A DNA stretch of 64,000 nt from an uncultured Lachnospiraceae bacterium (GCA_948688495.1 CAPQSW010000007.1:35084-99083); one strand, 5' to 3'. Counted from the first letter of the stretch, positions 8,884-19,991 are shown. Numbers and translations are program-made. Notes: generated by a model from the sequence alone, not told the origin.

Positions 8884-10419
8884 ATGAAAGAGAGGAAAAG
8901 CTGCCATATTTGCGGTAAGCAGAAAGGAAGTATCACGCTGTTTCTTGCTCTTATCCTGGCGCTGGTATTTTCGTTAATTTTTTCTCTGTTAGAAGCGGCC
9001 AGGGTTCAGGCGCTTGATAAGATTGCCGCAAGAAAACTTTTGCTGGGTCTGGAATCTGCGTTTGGAGAATATCAGCCGGATTTATGGGAGGAATATGGCC
9101 TGTTGTTCCTAGATGGAGGCGATAACTCCGGGAAGCTGGATTTGCGCCTGCTGGAAGGACACATGCTGGAGGAAGACGCCTTGGAACAGAAGGAAAGCGG
9201 ATTCTTTCAGATGGCATTGCGCAATATGGAGATAACAGGATATACTCTGGCGACGGATGATGGAGGGATTGCTTTCAAAGGACAGGTATGTGCCGCTATT
9301 CAGGCGCAGATTACAGAAGGAGCTATGGAACTGTTGCGCGGGAAAGCGCAAAGGGGAGAGGAAATTGCGCAGGAGAGCAAAGAATTGGAGAGACAATGGG
9401 ACTCTGCAAAAAATGCAATGGCAGAGGCAGAGAAGATAGAAAAAGATAAGTCTTCGTCCGAAGCATCTGGCACGGCAGACCAGGGAAAAACGGCCAAAGG
9501 GGATCTGAAAGTTTCAGATGGGAACCTCCCGGAAAATCCGGTAGAATCCGTAGAACAGTTAAAGCGCTCCCTAACGCTTGACCTGGTGACAGAAAATCCC
9601 ACAGAAATTTCTAAAAAGGCAATCGTACTTTCGGATACACTGGAAAAGCGGCCAAAGGAACAGGGAAACCTAAAAGTGTCCGGGGGCGGCGTGCTGGACA
9701 AATTGTTGCTGTTACAGTATCTGGATTTGTTTTTTTCCTGTGGAAGCGGTTCTGGGAAAAGAGGAAGTGAGGAGCATGCGCTTGAGTACGAGCTTGAGTA
9801 TTGTATAGCGGGAAAAGAGTCGGATTACAGCAATCTGGAAAAGACGGTAAAAGAGCTGCTTCTCATTCGCGAAGCAGGAAACTTTGCAACCATTATGCAG
9901 GATGGGAAAAAACAGGCGCTTGCGCTTGAAATAGCGACGGCAGCAGTAGGGTTTACGGGGCTTGCGCCTCTTATAAAGGCTGTGCAGGTTGGAATCCTGT
10001 TGGCGTGGTGCTATATTGAGAGTATTTTGGATGTGCGATGCCTGCTGGCCGGTGGACGTGTCGCATTGGTAAAGGCTGTTTCGGATTGGAAAAGCGACGT
10101 ATCTCTGGGAAAGGAGGTATTGTCAGAGAAAAAAGAAAGAACAGGAAGCAAAGAGGATGGGCTGGATTATCGGGAATATCTGCAGATTTTATTATTGCTG
10201 GTCCCCGAACAGGTATTGGTGTACCGGGCAATGGATGTTGTAGAAAACAATATGCGTTGTAAGGATGCTTCTTTTCGGATGGACTGCCAAATTCATGGTG
10301 TTCAGGCAGAGGGAGTTTATGCGGCGAATCCATTGTTTGCCTCGTTTGTTACAGCCGTAAGGACAAAGGACAGGGCGTATCATTTTCGTGAACATTGTTC
10401 CTTTGCGTATTTGGATTAA
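8884..10419 (+). CDS. DUF5702-like large minor pilin (TadG-like)
   Basis: 'QKG|SITLFLALIL' pilin-type N-term; 'LEYELEYCIAGKESD', 'GLDYREYLQILL'. Confidence 0.75.
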   Translation: MKERKSCHICGKQKGSITLFLALILALVFSLIFSLLEAARVQALDKIAARKLLLGLESAFGEYQPDLWEEYGLLFLDGGDNSGKLDLRLLEGHMLEEDALEQKESGFFQMALRNMEITGYTLATDDGGIAFKGQVCAAIQAQITEGAMELLRGKAQRGEEIAQESKELERQWDSAKNAMAEAEKIEKDKSSSEASGTADQGKTAKGDLKVSDGNLPENPVESVEQLKRSLTLDLVTENPTEISKKAIVLSDTLEKRPKEQGNLKVSGGGVLDKLLLLQYLDLFFSCGSGSGKRGSEEHALEYELEYCIAGKESDYSNLEKTVKELLLIREAGNFATIMQDGKKQALALEIATAAVGFTGLAPLIKAVQVGILLAWCYIESILDVRCLLAGGRVALVKAVSDWKSDVSLGKEVLSEKKERTGSKEDGLDYREYLQILLLLVPEQVLVYRAMDVVENNMRCKDASFRMDCQIHGVQAEGVYAANPLFASFVTAVRTKDRAYHFREHCSFAYLD

Positions 10420-11289
10420 ATGGTGGTTTTAGAAGAAGGGTGTGGAAAAGTGTCTCAGAAAATAGGAAAGGAAAAGAAAAAAATCTCTCTCAGGCAAACA
10501 ATTTATACAGAAAAAAATATCAAAGGGCATTTGCCCCGGGAGGCATTTTTCCATGCCCTTCTGCCGAAAGGAGCGATGACGTTAGAGGCGGCATTGGTTT
10601 TACCGTTGTTTTTGTTTGCGGTGTCTGTTTTTTTGTCGTTGTTTTTGATGATGCAGGCACAGTATATTGTGGGAAATGCGCTGGAGCGGGCAGTTGCGGA
10701 TACGGCCCTGCTAAGGGAACGCACGCCCAAGGAGGTAGAAACACTTACCAAAGCAGCATTCTATAAGGAACTGGCGGCACAGAACTGCCCGCTTACTTTG
10801 ATACAGGGAGGCGTTGTTGGATTTTCTTGGAAAAATACGAAGGTGGATGGTATTTTCATTGATATAATGGTGTCTTACCGCATAAAATTTCCGGTAAATC
10901 TTTTTGGAATGCGCACCATGCAGGCAGCGGATAGCTGCCGGATGCACCGGTGGGTAGGAAGGCAGGAGGGCAGGGGAGGGGATGAGGGAGAGGAATGGGT
11001 ATATGTAACACCGACCCAGAGTGTTTACCACAAAAGCCGTAACTGTTCACATTTGAAGCTTTCCATAAAGGTCATCAAAGCATCAGGACTTAAAAAAGCC
11101 GAGACTTTATATGTCCCCTGTGGACACTGTACCAAAGGACAGGTAATGGGTGAAACGGTTTATGTGACAGATGATGGGGACTGTTATCATTACCGCATAG
11201 ATTGCAGCGGACTGAAGCGAACCATATATATGATAAAGAGAACCCAGGCGGGAGGGAAGAGACCCTGTTCGCGATGTGGCGGGGAATAA
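10420..11289 (+). CDS. TadE-like pseudopilin with two C-terminal Cys/His metal-binding repeats
   Basis: 'KG|AMTLEAALVLPLFLF'; two 'YVT..G/S..YH....C..L...PC..C' units. Confidence 0.8.
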   Translation: MVVLEEGCGKVSQKIGKEKKKISLRQTIYTEKNIKGHLPREAFFHALLPKGAMTLEAALVLPLFLFAVSVFLSLFLMMQAQYIVGNALERAVADTALLRERTPKEVETLTKAAFYKELAAQNCPLTLIQGGVVGFSWKNTKVDGIFIDIMVSYRIKFPVNLFGMRTMQAADSCRMHRWVGRQEGRGGDEGEEWVYVTPTQSVYHKSRNCSHLKLSIKVIKASGLKKAETLYVPCGHCTKGQVMGETVYVTDDGDCYHYRIDCSGLKRTIYMIKRTQAGGKRPCSRCGGE

Positions 11290-11340
11290 TACGATCAAAC
11301 AAAAAATACAGGGCAGTAAGCCCCAGGGGAGGAATTTGAT

Positions 11341-11766
11341 ATGCAGAAAGTAATGGTATTGGGACTTTTGGGATTATGCAGCTTGGAGGATATAAAACGA
11401 AAACGTCTGACCATAATTTATATACTGATGTTTGGGGTTGGCGGGGTAATTTTGCATCTGTTAACTCCGGTATGTTCTATTTACAGCATTTTGTGTGGAA
11501 TGCTTTTAGGAATCGGCATGATGCTGCTTAGTTATGTTACGGGTGGAAGTGTAGGAATGGGAGACGGCATTTTGTTAGTGGTGACGGGAGTGTATCTGGG
11601 AGGAAACAAAAATCTGGAACTGTTTCTAATGGGGATTTTCCTGTCGGGGTTGTGGTCGCTGTGGCTTTTGGTGTTAAAAAGGAGGAAACGAAAAGAAGAG
11701 ATTGCGTTTGTACCGTTTTTGTTGTTGTCATATGCGATTATGTTATTTCAGGGTGTGTGGATATGA
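11341..11766 (+). CDS. Second A24 family prepilin peptidase
   Basis: 'SLEDIKRK', 'VGMGDGILL', 'IAFVPFL'. Confidence 0.85.
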   Translation: MQKVMVLGLLGLCSLEDIKRKRLTIIYILMFGVGGVILHLLTPVCSIYSILCGMLLGIGMMLLSYVTGGSVGMGDGILLVVTGVYLGGNKNLELFLMGIFLSGLWSLWLLVLKRRKRKEEIAFVPFLLLSYAIMLFQGVWI

Positions 11767-12005
11767 ATATAAAAATAATAAAAATATTCCGCCAGAAGGG
11801 CGTACAGGGAAGCCTTACCGTAGAGGCAGCGATTATTGTGCCGATTGTGCTGTTTTGTGTTCTTTGGATGGTACAGGGTGGAATTGCGCTCTATGTGGAT
11901 ACTGTGGAAGTTGTGCAGCAGCAGGAAATGTGGAAAGACTTTCATCCTGCCTTACAGTTTCGCAAGCTGGAGCTGTTGGAAAAAATGATTGATATGGGAA
12001 AGTAG
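11763..12005 (+). CDS. Small TadE-like pseudopilin
   Basis: 'QG|SLTVEAAIIVPIVLF'; ATG overlaps the upstream stop (ATGA). Confidence 0.75.
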   Translation: MNIKIIKIFRQKGVQGSLTVEAAIIVPIVLFCVLWMVQGGIALYVDTVEVVQQQEMWKDFHPALQFRKLELLEKMIDMGK

Positions 12006-12025
12006 AAGTTTGTGGAGGAAATAAC

Positions 12026-13195
12026 ATGGAGGTAACATATAAGAAAAATTTGAACAGAAGCTACATGTGTATCGGGGAACAGGGGCGGCCAATAGAAGAA
12101 TATGAATTATATATACTAGAAAAGCATCAGATTCCGGGGGTTTTGCAGATGCAGACTGCCTGTTCGGAGGGAAAGCGCAGATATTTGTATGATATTAGTG
12201 GAAAACAGCAGATAGACGACTACTTTTCTGGAAGGAAAATTAGTTATGAGGAACTCCAGGGATTTTTGCTTTCGGTTCTGGAACTGTGTGTCAGTTTGTC
12301 AGAATACCTTCTTCGGGAGGAAGGAATCTGTCTGGAAATGGAGTTTATCTATGTAAGCCTGGAGGATGGCAGTATGCAGTTTACATATCTGCCATTTTAT
12401 GAGAAGAATCTGCAGGAAGCCTTTGAATTGTGTATGGAGCAGCTTTTGCGCAAGATAGACCACCAGGATAAAGCGGCGGTGGAGTTGGGATACTACGTTT
12501 ACCAGCTTTGCAGCAAAGGAAATGCAAATATTGAAACACTGTTAAAGGGCGCATTGGGAAAGTCTTTGAAGCAGCCTATAGGAGAGCTGGAAAAGGCACA
12601 TGGAAACAGCACATGTGAAAAGGAAAAAACGCCGGGGAGCGTCCAAACATCAGAAGAAAAGGAAAAGTTGGAAGACAAAAATGCTTTGGAAAGCAAAGAT
12701 AAAAAAATTTTCTGGAGGATGACAGGGACATGGAGAGATGAATTGGAAAAGAAAAAATACCAGATATTAGAAATGGCCAAAAAATATGCGCCGGGTTTTT
12801 ACAAAATAAAGGAATCACAGGAGCAGGCAGGAAAAATGCCCCTAGAAGATATGGAGGTTCCGGTGCATCCGACAGAGATTCTCGGGGTGTGTAATAAGCA
12901 TCCGGTAGGAAAGCTGGTATATCAGGGAGTGCATCAGTGTGAGGACATCCTCGTGGAAGGGGAAATCTTTCTTCTTGGAAAAAACCGTGAACAGGTAGAC
13001 GGCGTTATTCTGGCGGAGGGAGTAAGCAGGCTTCATGCCCGGATTAGCCGGCAGGAGGATAAATATTATATTGAAGACTTAAATTCGACGAATGGAACAT
13101 ACTTAAACGATAGTGCATTAGAATACCGTGAGCCCCGGGAAATCAAGAAAAATGACAGGATTTGTTTCGGTACGGAGGAATATTTGTTTCTATAA
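12026..13195 (+). CDS. DUF6382-like N-domain plus C-terminal FHA domain protein
   Basis: FHA signature 'GVSRLHARI...YYIEDLNSTNGTYLN'; N-term 'YLYDISGKQ...EYLLREE..CLEMEFIY'. Confidence 0.85.
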   Translation: MEVTYKKNLNRSYMCIGEQGRPIEEYELYILEKHQIPGVLQMQTACSEGKRRYLYDISGKQQIDDYFSGRKISYEELQGFLLSVLELCVSLSEYLLREEGICLEMEFIYVSLEDGSMQFTYLPFYEKNLQEAFELCMEQLLRKIDHQDKAAVELGYYVYQLCSKGNANIETLLKGALGKSLKQPIGELEKAHGNSTCEKEKTPGSVQTSEEKEKLEDKNALESKDKKIFWRMTGTWRDELEKKKYQILEMAKKYAPGFYKIKESQEQAGKMPLEDMEVPVHPTEILGVCNKHPVGKLVYQGVHQCEDILVEGEIFLLGKNREQVDGVILAEGVSRLHARISRQEDKYYIEDLNSTNGTYLNDSALEYREPREIKKNDRICFGTEEYLFL

Positions 13196-13213
13196 AAGCT
13201 GTTGTGAAAACTG

Positions 13214-13272
13214 TGCCTGGAAAGTTTGATGGCAGAACTATGTCCTTCGGAGGCTTTTCCTGAGGCACGGTT
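13214..13272. terminator. Long imperfect hairpin closing the Tad locus
   Basis: AACTGTGCCT...AGGCACGGTT outer stem, GGAAAG/CTTTTCC inner stem. Confidence 0.5.
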
Positions 13273-13273
13273 G

Positions 13274-13302
13274 TTGACTTTATCCTCAAAAATTTATATA
13301 CT
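13274..13302 (+). promoter_or_regulatory. SigA promoter
   Basis: TTGACT-N17-TATACT. Confidence 0.75.
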
Positions 13303-13334
13303 AGAGATATTCAAATATTTTGGAGGCTTTTGAT

Positions 13335-14327
13335 ATGAAGGTAAATATTTATTATGGAGGGCGGGGACTTTTAGATGACCCTACTCTGTATGTGGTTAAT
13401 AAAATGCAGGAAGTATTAACAGAGCTAAGGGTGGAAGTACAGCGATATAATATTTATGAGGACAAGAACAGCATTTCAACCCTGCCCCAGACAATCAAAG
13501 ATGCAGATGGCATTATTCTGGCAACAACGGTGGAATGGCTGGGCATTGGCGGATATATGCAGCAGTTTCTGGATGCCTGCTGGCTGTATGGAGATAAGGA
13601 AAAGATAGCAAAAACATATATGCAGCCGATTGTTATGTCGACGACTTACGGGGAGCGTGAAGGTGAGGTTACACTTGCCAATGCATGGGAGTTTTTGGGC
13701 GGTCTTCCCTGTAGTGGCTTGTGCGGTTATGTAGAAGATTTGGTTTCATTTGAGATGAATCATGATTTTACTGTTATTATTGAGAAGAAGGCGGAGAATC
13801 TTTACCGAACCATTTCACAGAGACAAAAAAGCCTGCCCAACAGTAACCAGGCAATCCGCCAGACAGTTCTTCGTACACAGCAGTTGGAGCTGACGCCTCA
13901 GGAGAGCGAGCAGCTTTCAAAATATGTTGCGGATGATGTCTATGTCAAGAAGCAGAAAGAGGACATTGAGGAATTGAGCAGTATGTTTAAGGACATGCTC
14001 GGACAGAGCGGCGAGGATGAGGAAATGGCATATCTGATGGAGTTGGAGGCCCATTTCGTCCCGCAGAGGGAGTTTTCTGCCAATTATCTATTTATGATTG
14101 AGGGAAAGAAGAAACCACTGTCCGTCGAGGTAAAGGATGACGAGGTTAAAGTTTATTATGGCCAGAGTGAGAAGGTCGATGTGTACACGAAGCTCACAAC
14201 GGCTGTGATGGACAATATTGTCAAGGGAAGGATGACCTTCCAGAGAGCCTTTATGACGGGTGAGATGACGGCAAAAGGCAACTTTAAGACTTTGAAAATG
14301 CTGGATCAGGCGTTTATTTTCAATTGA
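13335..14327 (+). CDS. Flavodoxin-fold (FMN reductase-like) plus SCP2 lipid-binding domain protein
   Basis: 'DADGIILATTVEW...MQQFLD'; C-term 'GRMTFQRAFMTGEMTAKGNF' SCP2 motif. Confidence 0.7.
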   Translation: MKVNIYYGGRGLLDDPTLYVVNKMQEVLTELRVEVQRYNIYEDKNSISTLPQTIKDADGIILATTVEWLGIGGYMQQFLDACWLYGDKEKIAKTYMQPIVMSTTYGEREGEVTLANAWEFLGGLPCSGLCGYVEDLVSFEMNHDFTVIIEKKAENLYRTISQRQKSLPNSNQAIRQTVLRTQQLELTPQESEQLSKYVADDVYVKKQKEDIEELSSMFKDMLGQSGEDEEMAYLMELEAHFVPQREFSANYLFMIEGKKKPLSVEVKDDEVKVYYGQSEKVDVYTKLTTAVMDNIVKGRMTFQRAFMTGEMTAKGNFKTLKMLDQAFIFN

Positions 14328-14357
14328 AATTAGTATAGGTGCAGAATGGAGGAAGAT

Positions 14358-14774
14358 ATGAAAGATTCAAATTGTATTTTTTGTAAAATTTCCGGGGGAG
14401 AGATTCCCTCTAAGACAATCTATGAGGATGAAGAATTTCGTGTGATACTTGACATTAGTCCGGCTACAAGAGGACATGCGCTGATTATTCCCAAAGAGCA
14501 TTATGCCAATATTTATGAGATGCCCGAGGAGACGGCAGCACACGTGATGATTCTTGCCAAGAAGCTGGCAGCACATATGGCGGAGGTATTGCAGTGTGAT
14601 GGCATGAACATTATGCAGAACAATGGGGAAGCCGCAGGACAGACAGTGTTCCACTTCCATATGCATCTTATCCCCAGATATGAGCAGGATGGAAATGCGG
14701 ACAAGCTGTGCTGGAATCATCTGGAGCTGTCCCAGGAAGAAATGGAAGAGATCCATCAGAAATTAAAAAAATAG
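14358..14774 (+). CDS. HIT family nucleotide hydrolase
   Basis: 'CIFCKI', 'GHALIIPKEH', 'AGQTVFHFHMHLIPR'. Confidence 0.95.
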   Translation: MKDSNCIFCKISGGEIPSKTIYEDEEFRVILDISPATRGHALIIPKEHYANIYEMPEETAAHVMILAKKLAAHMAEVLQCDGMNIMQNNGEAAGQTVFHFHMHLIPRYEQDGNADKLCWNHLELSQEEMEEIHQKLKK

Positions 14775-14789
14775 AACGGTATATTATCA

Positions 14790-14865
14790 AAAAGGCATGT
14801 TTCTTTCTAACGAGGATATTCCATCTGTTTAAGAGGAATCCTTTGTGGAGAGAAACATGCCTTTT
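14790..14865. terminator. Long inverted repeat between convergent HIT and murG (probable bidirectional terminator)
   Basis: AAAAGGCATGTTTCT...AGAAACATGCCTTTT (15-bp perfect arms) with imperfect inner pairing. Confidence 0.65.
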
Positions 14866-14896
14866 ATGCACAGGAGCGCATGAAGCAGTTTACTGC

Positions 14897-15976
14897 TTAT
14901 GTGGTACGCACCCCGCGAGCAGCTTCTTCTATAAGCTGTACTACGGTCTCCACAGAGTTGAGCTGTTCGCTCTTTGCCATGGCATCTACATACTGGCTGC
15001 GGTCTGCAAATAGCTTGTGGATAGTGTCTAATAAAATGACATCATTCAGCTGTTCTTCTTCAATAACTATGCTGTAGCCCTGGCGTTCAAAGGAGCGCGC
15101 GTTTAAAATCTGGTCTCCCCGGCTGGCATTGGCAGAGAGGGGAATCAGGATATTAGGTTTGCGCAGGGCGAGAAGTTCACAGATGGCATTGGCTCCGGCG
15201 CGGGAAATTACAATATCTGCAGCAGCGAACAAATCACTTAATTCTTTATTTGCATATTCGAGCTGGGTATAGCCAGCGGTGTTGTCCAGGGAGTGGTCCA
15301 GATTTCCTTTTCCGCACAGGTGAAGTACCTGATAACTTTTTAGCAGTTCTGGCAGAAGGCTGCGTACTACTTCGTTGATAAATTGGGAGCCGCTGCTTCC
15401 GCCGATGATCATAATTACAGGCTTGTTGGCGGCAAACCGGCAGTATGACAGACCCTGCAGGCGGTTTCCTGAGAGCAGTTCCTTGCGGATGGGAGAGCCG
15501 GTAAGGACAGCTTTTTCCGCTGGGAGATATTTTAAGGTTTCCGGGAAGTTACAGCAGACCTTGCAGGCGTTTGGAATCGCAAGCTTGTTCGCAAGCCCGG
15601 GGGTAATGTCTGACTCATGGATAATGGCCGGAATTTTGCGGTGTTTTGCTGCCATGACCACAGGAACAGAGACAAAGCCGCCTTTTGAAAAGACGACGTT
15701 TGGGTTAAGCCTTTTTAATAAGCCGCGGGCCTGGCGGTAGCCTTTTAACACCTTAAAGGGATCGGAAAAATTTTTCCAGTCAAAATACCGGCGCAGCTTG
15801 CCGGAGGAAATTCCATAATAGGGAATCTGGTATTGTTCAATTAGTTTGCGTTCAATTCCGTCATAAGAACCAATGTAGTGTATGTCATAACCAAGCTCCT
15901 TCAATCTGGGAAGCAGGGCGATATTTGGGGTGACGTGGCCAGCTGTGCCGCCGCCTGTTAAGACAATTCGTTTCAT
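14897..15976 (-). CDS. murG: Lipid I N-acetylglucosaminyltransferase MurG
   Basis: 'TGGGTAGHV', 'SKGGFVSVP', 'HESD', 'SRAGA', 'GDQILNA'. Confidence 0.95.
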   Translation of the reverse strand: MKRIVLTGGGTAGHVTPNIALLPRLKELGYDIHYIGSYDGIERKLIEQYQIPYYGISSGKLRRYFDWKNFSDPFKVLKGYRQARGLLKRLNPNVVFSKGGFVSVPVVMAAKHRKIPAIIHESDITPGLANKLAIPNACKVCCNFPETLKYLPAEKAVLTGSPIRKELLSGNRLQGLSYCRFAANKPVIMIIGGSSGSQFINEVVRSLLPELLKSYQVLHLCGKGNLDHSLDNTAGYTQLEYANKELSDLFAAADIVISRAGANAICELLALRKPNILIPLSANASRGDQILNARSFERQGYSIVIEEEQLNDVILLDTIHKLFADRSQYVDAMAKSEQLNSVETVVQLIEEAARGVRTT

Positions 15977-16227
15977 ACATTTCTCCATTTCTGCCAGTGT
16001 TCTGACTATATAAGTATTCGCATTACTTTTATCTTATACTGTTCCGCAAAAAAGTCAAGGGAAAGCCGTCGGTTGATTTCCATGTAACTGAGAATCGTGG
16101 CATGAATGTCGCAAATTGGTGAAAGATGCGATGAAAAAAGGGCCTCAGGCACTTCACAGTCCGAAAATTAATATTTATAATGGTAATAGTTACGAGATAT
16201 TTTTCAAATAGAAAGGAGGACAAGCTC

Positions 16228-16560
16228 ATGGGAAAATGGATAAGTTTTCTACAAATGTACAATGAAAGCCTGACAGGGGCAGCGCTGGTTATCATGGGGC
16301 TGATTTTTGTGATTATCCTGTTAAGGATTTTAAGACAGATAAAAAGGCTGAATCGGAGCCTGTCTGGTATTACTAAGAATATTCAGGCATATTTTGATGT
16401 GATTATGCAGGAGGAGCCACAGGAGCAGGAAGATCAGACGCAGGAGGAGATGCAACAAAGCGTCCATGCACAGGAAGATGAAAGCGCCATAGAGCAAGAA
16501 TACAGGAAACAGGAAGAGGAAGAAGTATTCAATGCGGTGCTGCAGGAGTACTTTTCTTGA
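16228..16560 (+). CDS. Hypothetical single-pass membrane protein with acidic coiled tail
   Basis: Strong RBS AAGGAGG, one TM segment, E/Q-rich C-term. Confidence 0.7.
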   Translation: MGKWISFLQMYNESLTGAALVIMGLIFVIILLRILRQIKRLNRSLSGITKNIQAYFDVIMQEEPQEQEDQTQEEMQQSVHAQEDESAIEQEYRKQEEEEVFNAVLQEYFS

Positions 16561-16636
16561 CGAAATGGGGGAGATTTGCTACACTTATCCTGTAAATGGA
16601 AATCGTGACAATTTTATGAACAAAGGAGTGAAAATC

Positions 16637-17983
16637 ATGGAGAAAGTAACGTTTGATTATGGGAAAACGGCTGGTTTTGTCAGCCAGGAAGAGGTTTCCT
16701 ATATGGCAAAGCTGGTAGAAGACGCCAAAGAGCTGCTGGTTTCAAAGACCGGGGCAGGAAATGATTTTGTAGGCTGGCTGGATTTGCCAGTAGATTATGA
16801 TAAAGAGGAGTTTGCAAGAATTAAAAAAGCTGCAGCGAAAATCCAAAGCGATTCTGAGGTATTAGTTGTAATTGGAATCGGAGGTTCTTATCTGGGCGCG
16901 CGTGCAGCGATTGAATTTCTGAGACATGGATTCTATAACAATGTGTCAAAGGAAATCCGCAAAGGCCCGGAAATTTATTATGCAGGGAACAGCATCAGCA
17001 GTTCCTATCTTGCGGGATTGATTGAAGTGATTGGAGACCGTGATTTTTCAGTAAATGTTATTTCAAAATCAGGGACTACGACAGAGCCGGCAATTGCATT
17101 CCGCGTATTCAAGGAGCTGTTAGAGAAGAAATATGGCAAAGAAGAGGCGGCAAAAAGAATTTATGCAACCACGGACAAGGCGAGAGGTGCGTTAAAAAAT
17201 CTTGCCACCGAAGAAGGGTATGAGACATTCGTGGTTCCAGATGACGTTGGCGGACGTTTCTCAGTATTGACAGCCGTTGGCCTGCTTCCCATTGCTGCAA
17301 GCGGGGCAGATATTGATAAGCTGATGGAAGGTGCGGCAATGGGTCGCAAGATTGCCCTGGACAAGCCATTTGCAGAGAATGATGCTTTGCAGTATGCAGC
17401 AGTCCGCAACATTTTGCTGAGAAAAGGAAAAACCACGGAAGTACTGGCGAATTATGAGCCAAGCCTGCACTATGTATCCGAGTGGTGGAAACAGCTTTAT
17501 GGTGAAAGTGAAGGAAAAGACCAGAAGGGTATCTTCCCGGCGTCAGTAGATTTGACGACAGATCTTCATTCTATGGGACAGTTTATCCAGGACGGTGCGC
17601 GTATCATGTTTGAGACAGTGATGAATGTGGAAAAATCCCGCAGCACAGTGGAACTCAAGGAGGAACCGGTAGATTTAGATGGATTGAATTATCTTGCAGG
17701 AAAGGATATGGACTTTGTCAATAAAAGTGCAATGAATGGAACAATTCTGGCACATACGGATGGAAATGTACCGAATCTCATGGTAACGATCCCGGAGCAG
17801 AATGAGTTTTATCTGGGAGAATTGTTCTATTTCTTTGAATTTGCCTGTGGTGTGAGCGGATATGTCTTAGGCGTTAATCCCTTTAATCAGCCAGGTGTGG
17901 AAAGCTATAAGCGCAATATGTTTGCACTGCTTGGCAAGCCGGGATACGAGGCAGAGAGGGAAGAATTGTTAAAAAGACTGTAA
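16637..17983 (+). CDS. pgi: Glucose-6-phosphate isomerase
   Basis: 'IGIGGSYLG', 'SKSGTTTE', 'VGGRFSVL', 'NPFNQPGVE'. Confidence 0.97.
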   Translation: MEKVTFDYGKTAGFVSQEEVSYMAKLVEDAKELLVSKTGAGNDFVGWLDLPVDYDKEEFARIKKAAAKIQSDSEVLVVIGIGGSYLGARAAIEFLRHGFYNNVSKEIRKGPEIYYAGNSISSSYLAGLIEVIGDRDFSVNVISKSGTTTEPAIAFRVFKELLEKKYGKEEAAKRIYATTDKARGALKNLATEEGYETFVVPDDVGGRFSVLTAVGLLPIAASGADIDKLMEGAAMGRKIALDKPFAENDALQYAAVRNILLRKGKTTEVLANYEPSLHYVSEWWKQLYGESEGKDQKGIFPASVDLTTDLHSMGQFIQDGARIMFETVMNVEKSRSTVELKEEPVDLDGLNYLAGKDMDFVNKSAMNGTILAHTDGNVPNLMVTIPEQNEFYLGELFYFFEFACGVSGYVLGVNPFNQPGVESYKRNMFALLGKPGYEAEREELLKRL

Positions 17984-18011
17984 AAGTTCAGTGTTTTCAG
18001 ATGGTAAAATC

Positions 18012-18041
18012 AAAAGGCCCTGCTGCAGATGCGGCAGGGCC
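18012..18041. terminator. GC-rich hairpin between convergent pgi and MCP
   Basis: GGCCCTGCTGCA-GA-TGCGGCAGGGCC, preceded by AAAA (U-tract on - strand). Confidence 0.7.
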
Positions 18042-18086
18042 AGATTAGTGAAAGAATCGTTTGCGCGAGATTTTGCGCAGAAATAT

Positions 18087-19847
18087 TTACAATTGGAAAA
18101 TATCTACATTTGTCTCAAGGGTATGTGCAATTTCCTGAAGCTTTGCGGCATGACCGGAAACTTCCTGCATGATGTTAGCCACTTCAATTACGGCGGCAGA
18201 GGTTTCCTCGGTGCTTGCCGCGTTTTCTTCTGCAATGGCAGTTAAGTTCTGTACAACATCTACGACATTGGAACGCGCGGTATTCAACTGGCTTGTACGG
18301 TCTGCAATTTCATCCACACCTTGGATGGAATCGGAGATGCCGCCTTGAACCTGGGAAAATACCGAACCGGTCTTGCTGACATTCTCGCTTTGCTTTGTAA
18401 TGATTTCTTTTACTTCTTCCATTGTCTCAACAGCTTTCTGCGAATCCTCTAACAGCGTAAAAATAATATCGTCAATCTGCCGGGCAGAATCGTTCGACTG
18501 ATCTGCAAGCTTCTGGATTTGGGAAGCGACAACGGCAAATCCCCGTCCTGCTTCGCCAGCACGTGCGGCCTCAATGGAGGCGTTAAGGGATAGAAGATTC
18601 GTTTCGTCTGCAATGGAGGATATCAGGCTGGTCGCCTCTTTGATCTTCATTGCGGATTCATTCGTCGTCAGCGTTTGTTTATAGATAATATCAATGGAAT
18701 CCATTGCGTGCTGGTTGACGGCATCTAATTCTGTCAATGCCTGGCTTGCAGTATCGCTGGATTCTTTCATAAAATCTGCAGTGCTATGTAGAGAGGTTAC
18801 CTGTGAGGAGGTATCTTCTACCATCGTGCCCATCAGCAGAATATCATTTGTAGCCCTCTGCGTCTCAGAAGCCTGGTTATTAGCTCCGGTTGCAATCTCA
18901 GAGACAGCGCGTTCTACGTTCTGTACGGTATTGGACGTCTCAGAAGCGCTGCTGCTCAGATGTTCTGAGGTCTTATAGAGAAGAGAACTCTGCTGTTTGA
19001 TTTCCGTAACAACATTTATCAGGGATTTGCGCAAGGTGATGATTGCGCGTGCCATGACTCCGGTTTCATCTTTGCGCGTACCAATCTTTGTCAGTCGTTC
19101 ATCCTCTTTGAAGTTCATATCTGCGAGATTTCCAATAACGTCCGTCACTGTGCGCAACGGCTTGATCATATTTGCCACAGAAAGATACCCTGCAATGCCA
19201 AGAATAATGGCGAGGAAGCAGCAGAGAACGGCGGCTTTTCCCATTACACGGTTAAGGGGAGCAAATATTTCTGATTCGTTTGCACAGAGAATGGCAACAG
19301 CATTGTATTTTTCTGTTACATAATAGGTAGCTCGTTTGTCAGCCCCTTCGTAATTGTAATACATGCTGCCCGGTTCTGGTGGAAATCCCGGTTCCGATTC
19401 TTTGATTTCTTTTATTAATGTAGAAATGGGGGCAATGTCAAGGGTCTGTCCAAGCATTTCTGAATTAGGATGGTAAAGGATATTCCCCTCCGAGTTTAAA
19501 ATATAAAAATAGCTGGATTCCATGCCCTCAAGTCCTGCACCTGAGAAAGTGCCAGCCAGCCGTTCCGCGTTTAAGTTCATGGGGGAGACCGTAAGGTTTT
19601 GGTTTAAAATCTTACCATAAGAATCGGTGAGGTCTCTCATGTAGTTTTCTGTAATGGATACGGTATTATTCTTAATGCTTGGAATCGTAGTGCCTAAACC
19701 TAGCAGAATCGTGAGCGCTATGGAAAAGAGTAATACCATGCAGACTTTTGCCTTGATAGAGGAAAGTCTTCGCACTCTGCTTGTGTTGATTACTTTTCGT
19801 TTTTTGGAGCTTTTTTCACTCTTTTGTATTTTTTCCTTATTGTTCAC
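18087..19847 (-). CDS. Methyl-accepting chemotaxis protein (Cache-like sensor, HAMP, signalling domain)
   Basis: '[27 protein letters not shown]'; two TM segments; GTG start after AAGGGAG. Confidence 0.95.
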   Translation of the reverse strand: MNNKEKIQKSEKSSKKRKVINTSRVRRLSSIKAKVCMVLLFSIALTILLGLGTTIPSIKNNTVSITENYMRDLTDSYGKILNQNLTVSPMNLNAERLAGTFSGAGLEGMESSYFYILNSEGNILYHPNSEMLGQTLDIAPISTLIKEIKESEPGFPPEPGSMYYNYEGADKRATYYVTEKYNAVAILCANESEIFAPLNRVMGKAAVLCCFLAIILGIAGYLSVANMIKPLRTVTDVIGNLADMNFKEDERLTKIGTRKDETGVMARAIITLRKSLINVVTEIKQQSSLLYKTSEHLSSSASETSNTVQNVERAVSEIATGANNQASETQRATNDILLMGTMVEDTSSQVTSLHSTADFMKESSDTASQALTELDAVNQHAMDSIDIIYKQTLTTNESAMKIKEATSLISSIADETNLLSLNASIEAARAGEAGRGFAVVASQIQKLADQSNDSARQIDDIIFTLLEDSQKAVETMEEVKEIITKQSENVSKTGSVFSQVQGGISDSIQGVDEIADRTSQLNTARSNVVDVVQNLTAIAEENAASTEETSAAVIEVANIMQEVSGHAAKLQEIAHTLETNVDIFQL

Positions 19848-19991
19848 AGATGATTCTCCCTTCAAGCTTGCATTTACCTAATATTTATTATAGCAGTTTG
19901 TCTATTTTTTTCAATGATAATATAACAAATATAGTAAAAATGGTAACAAACGGTAACTGTTACAACAAACGAAATATTTTACATTGATTGC

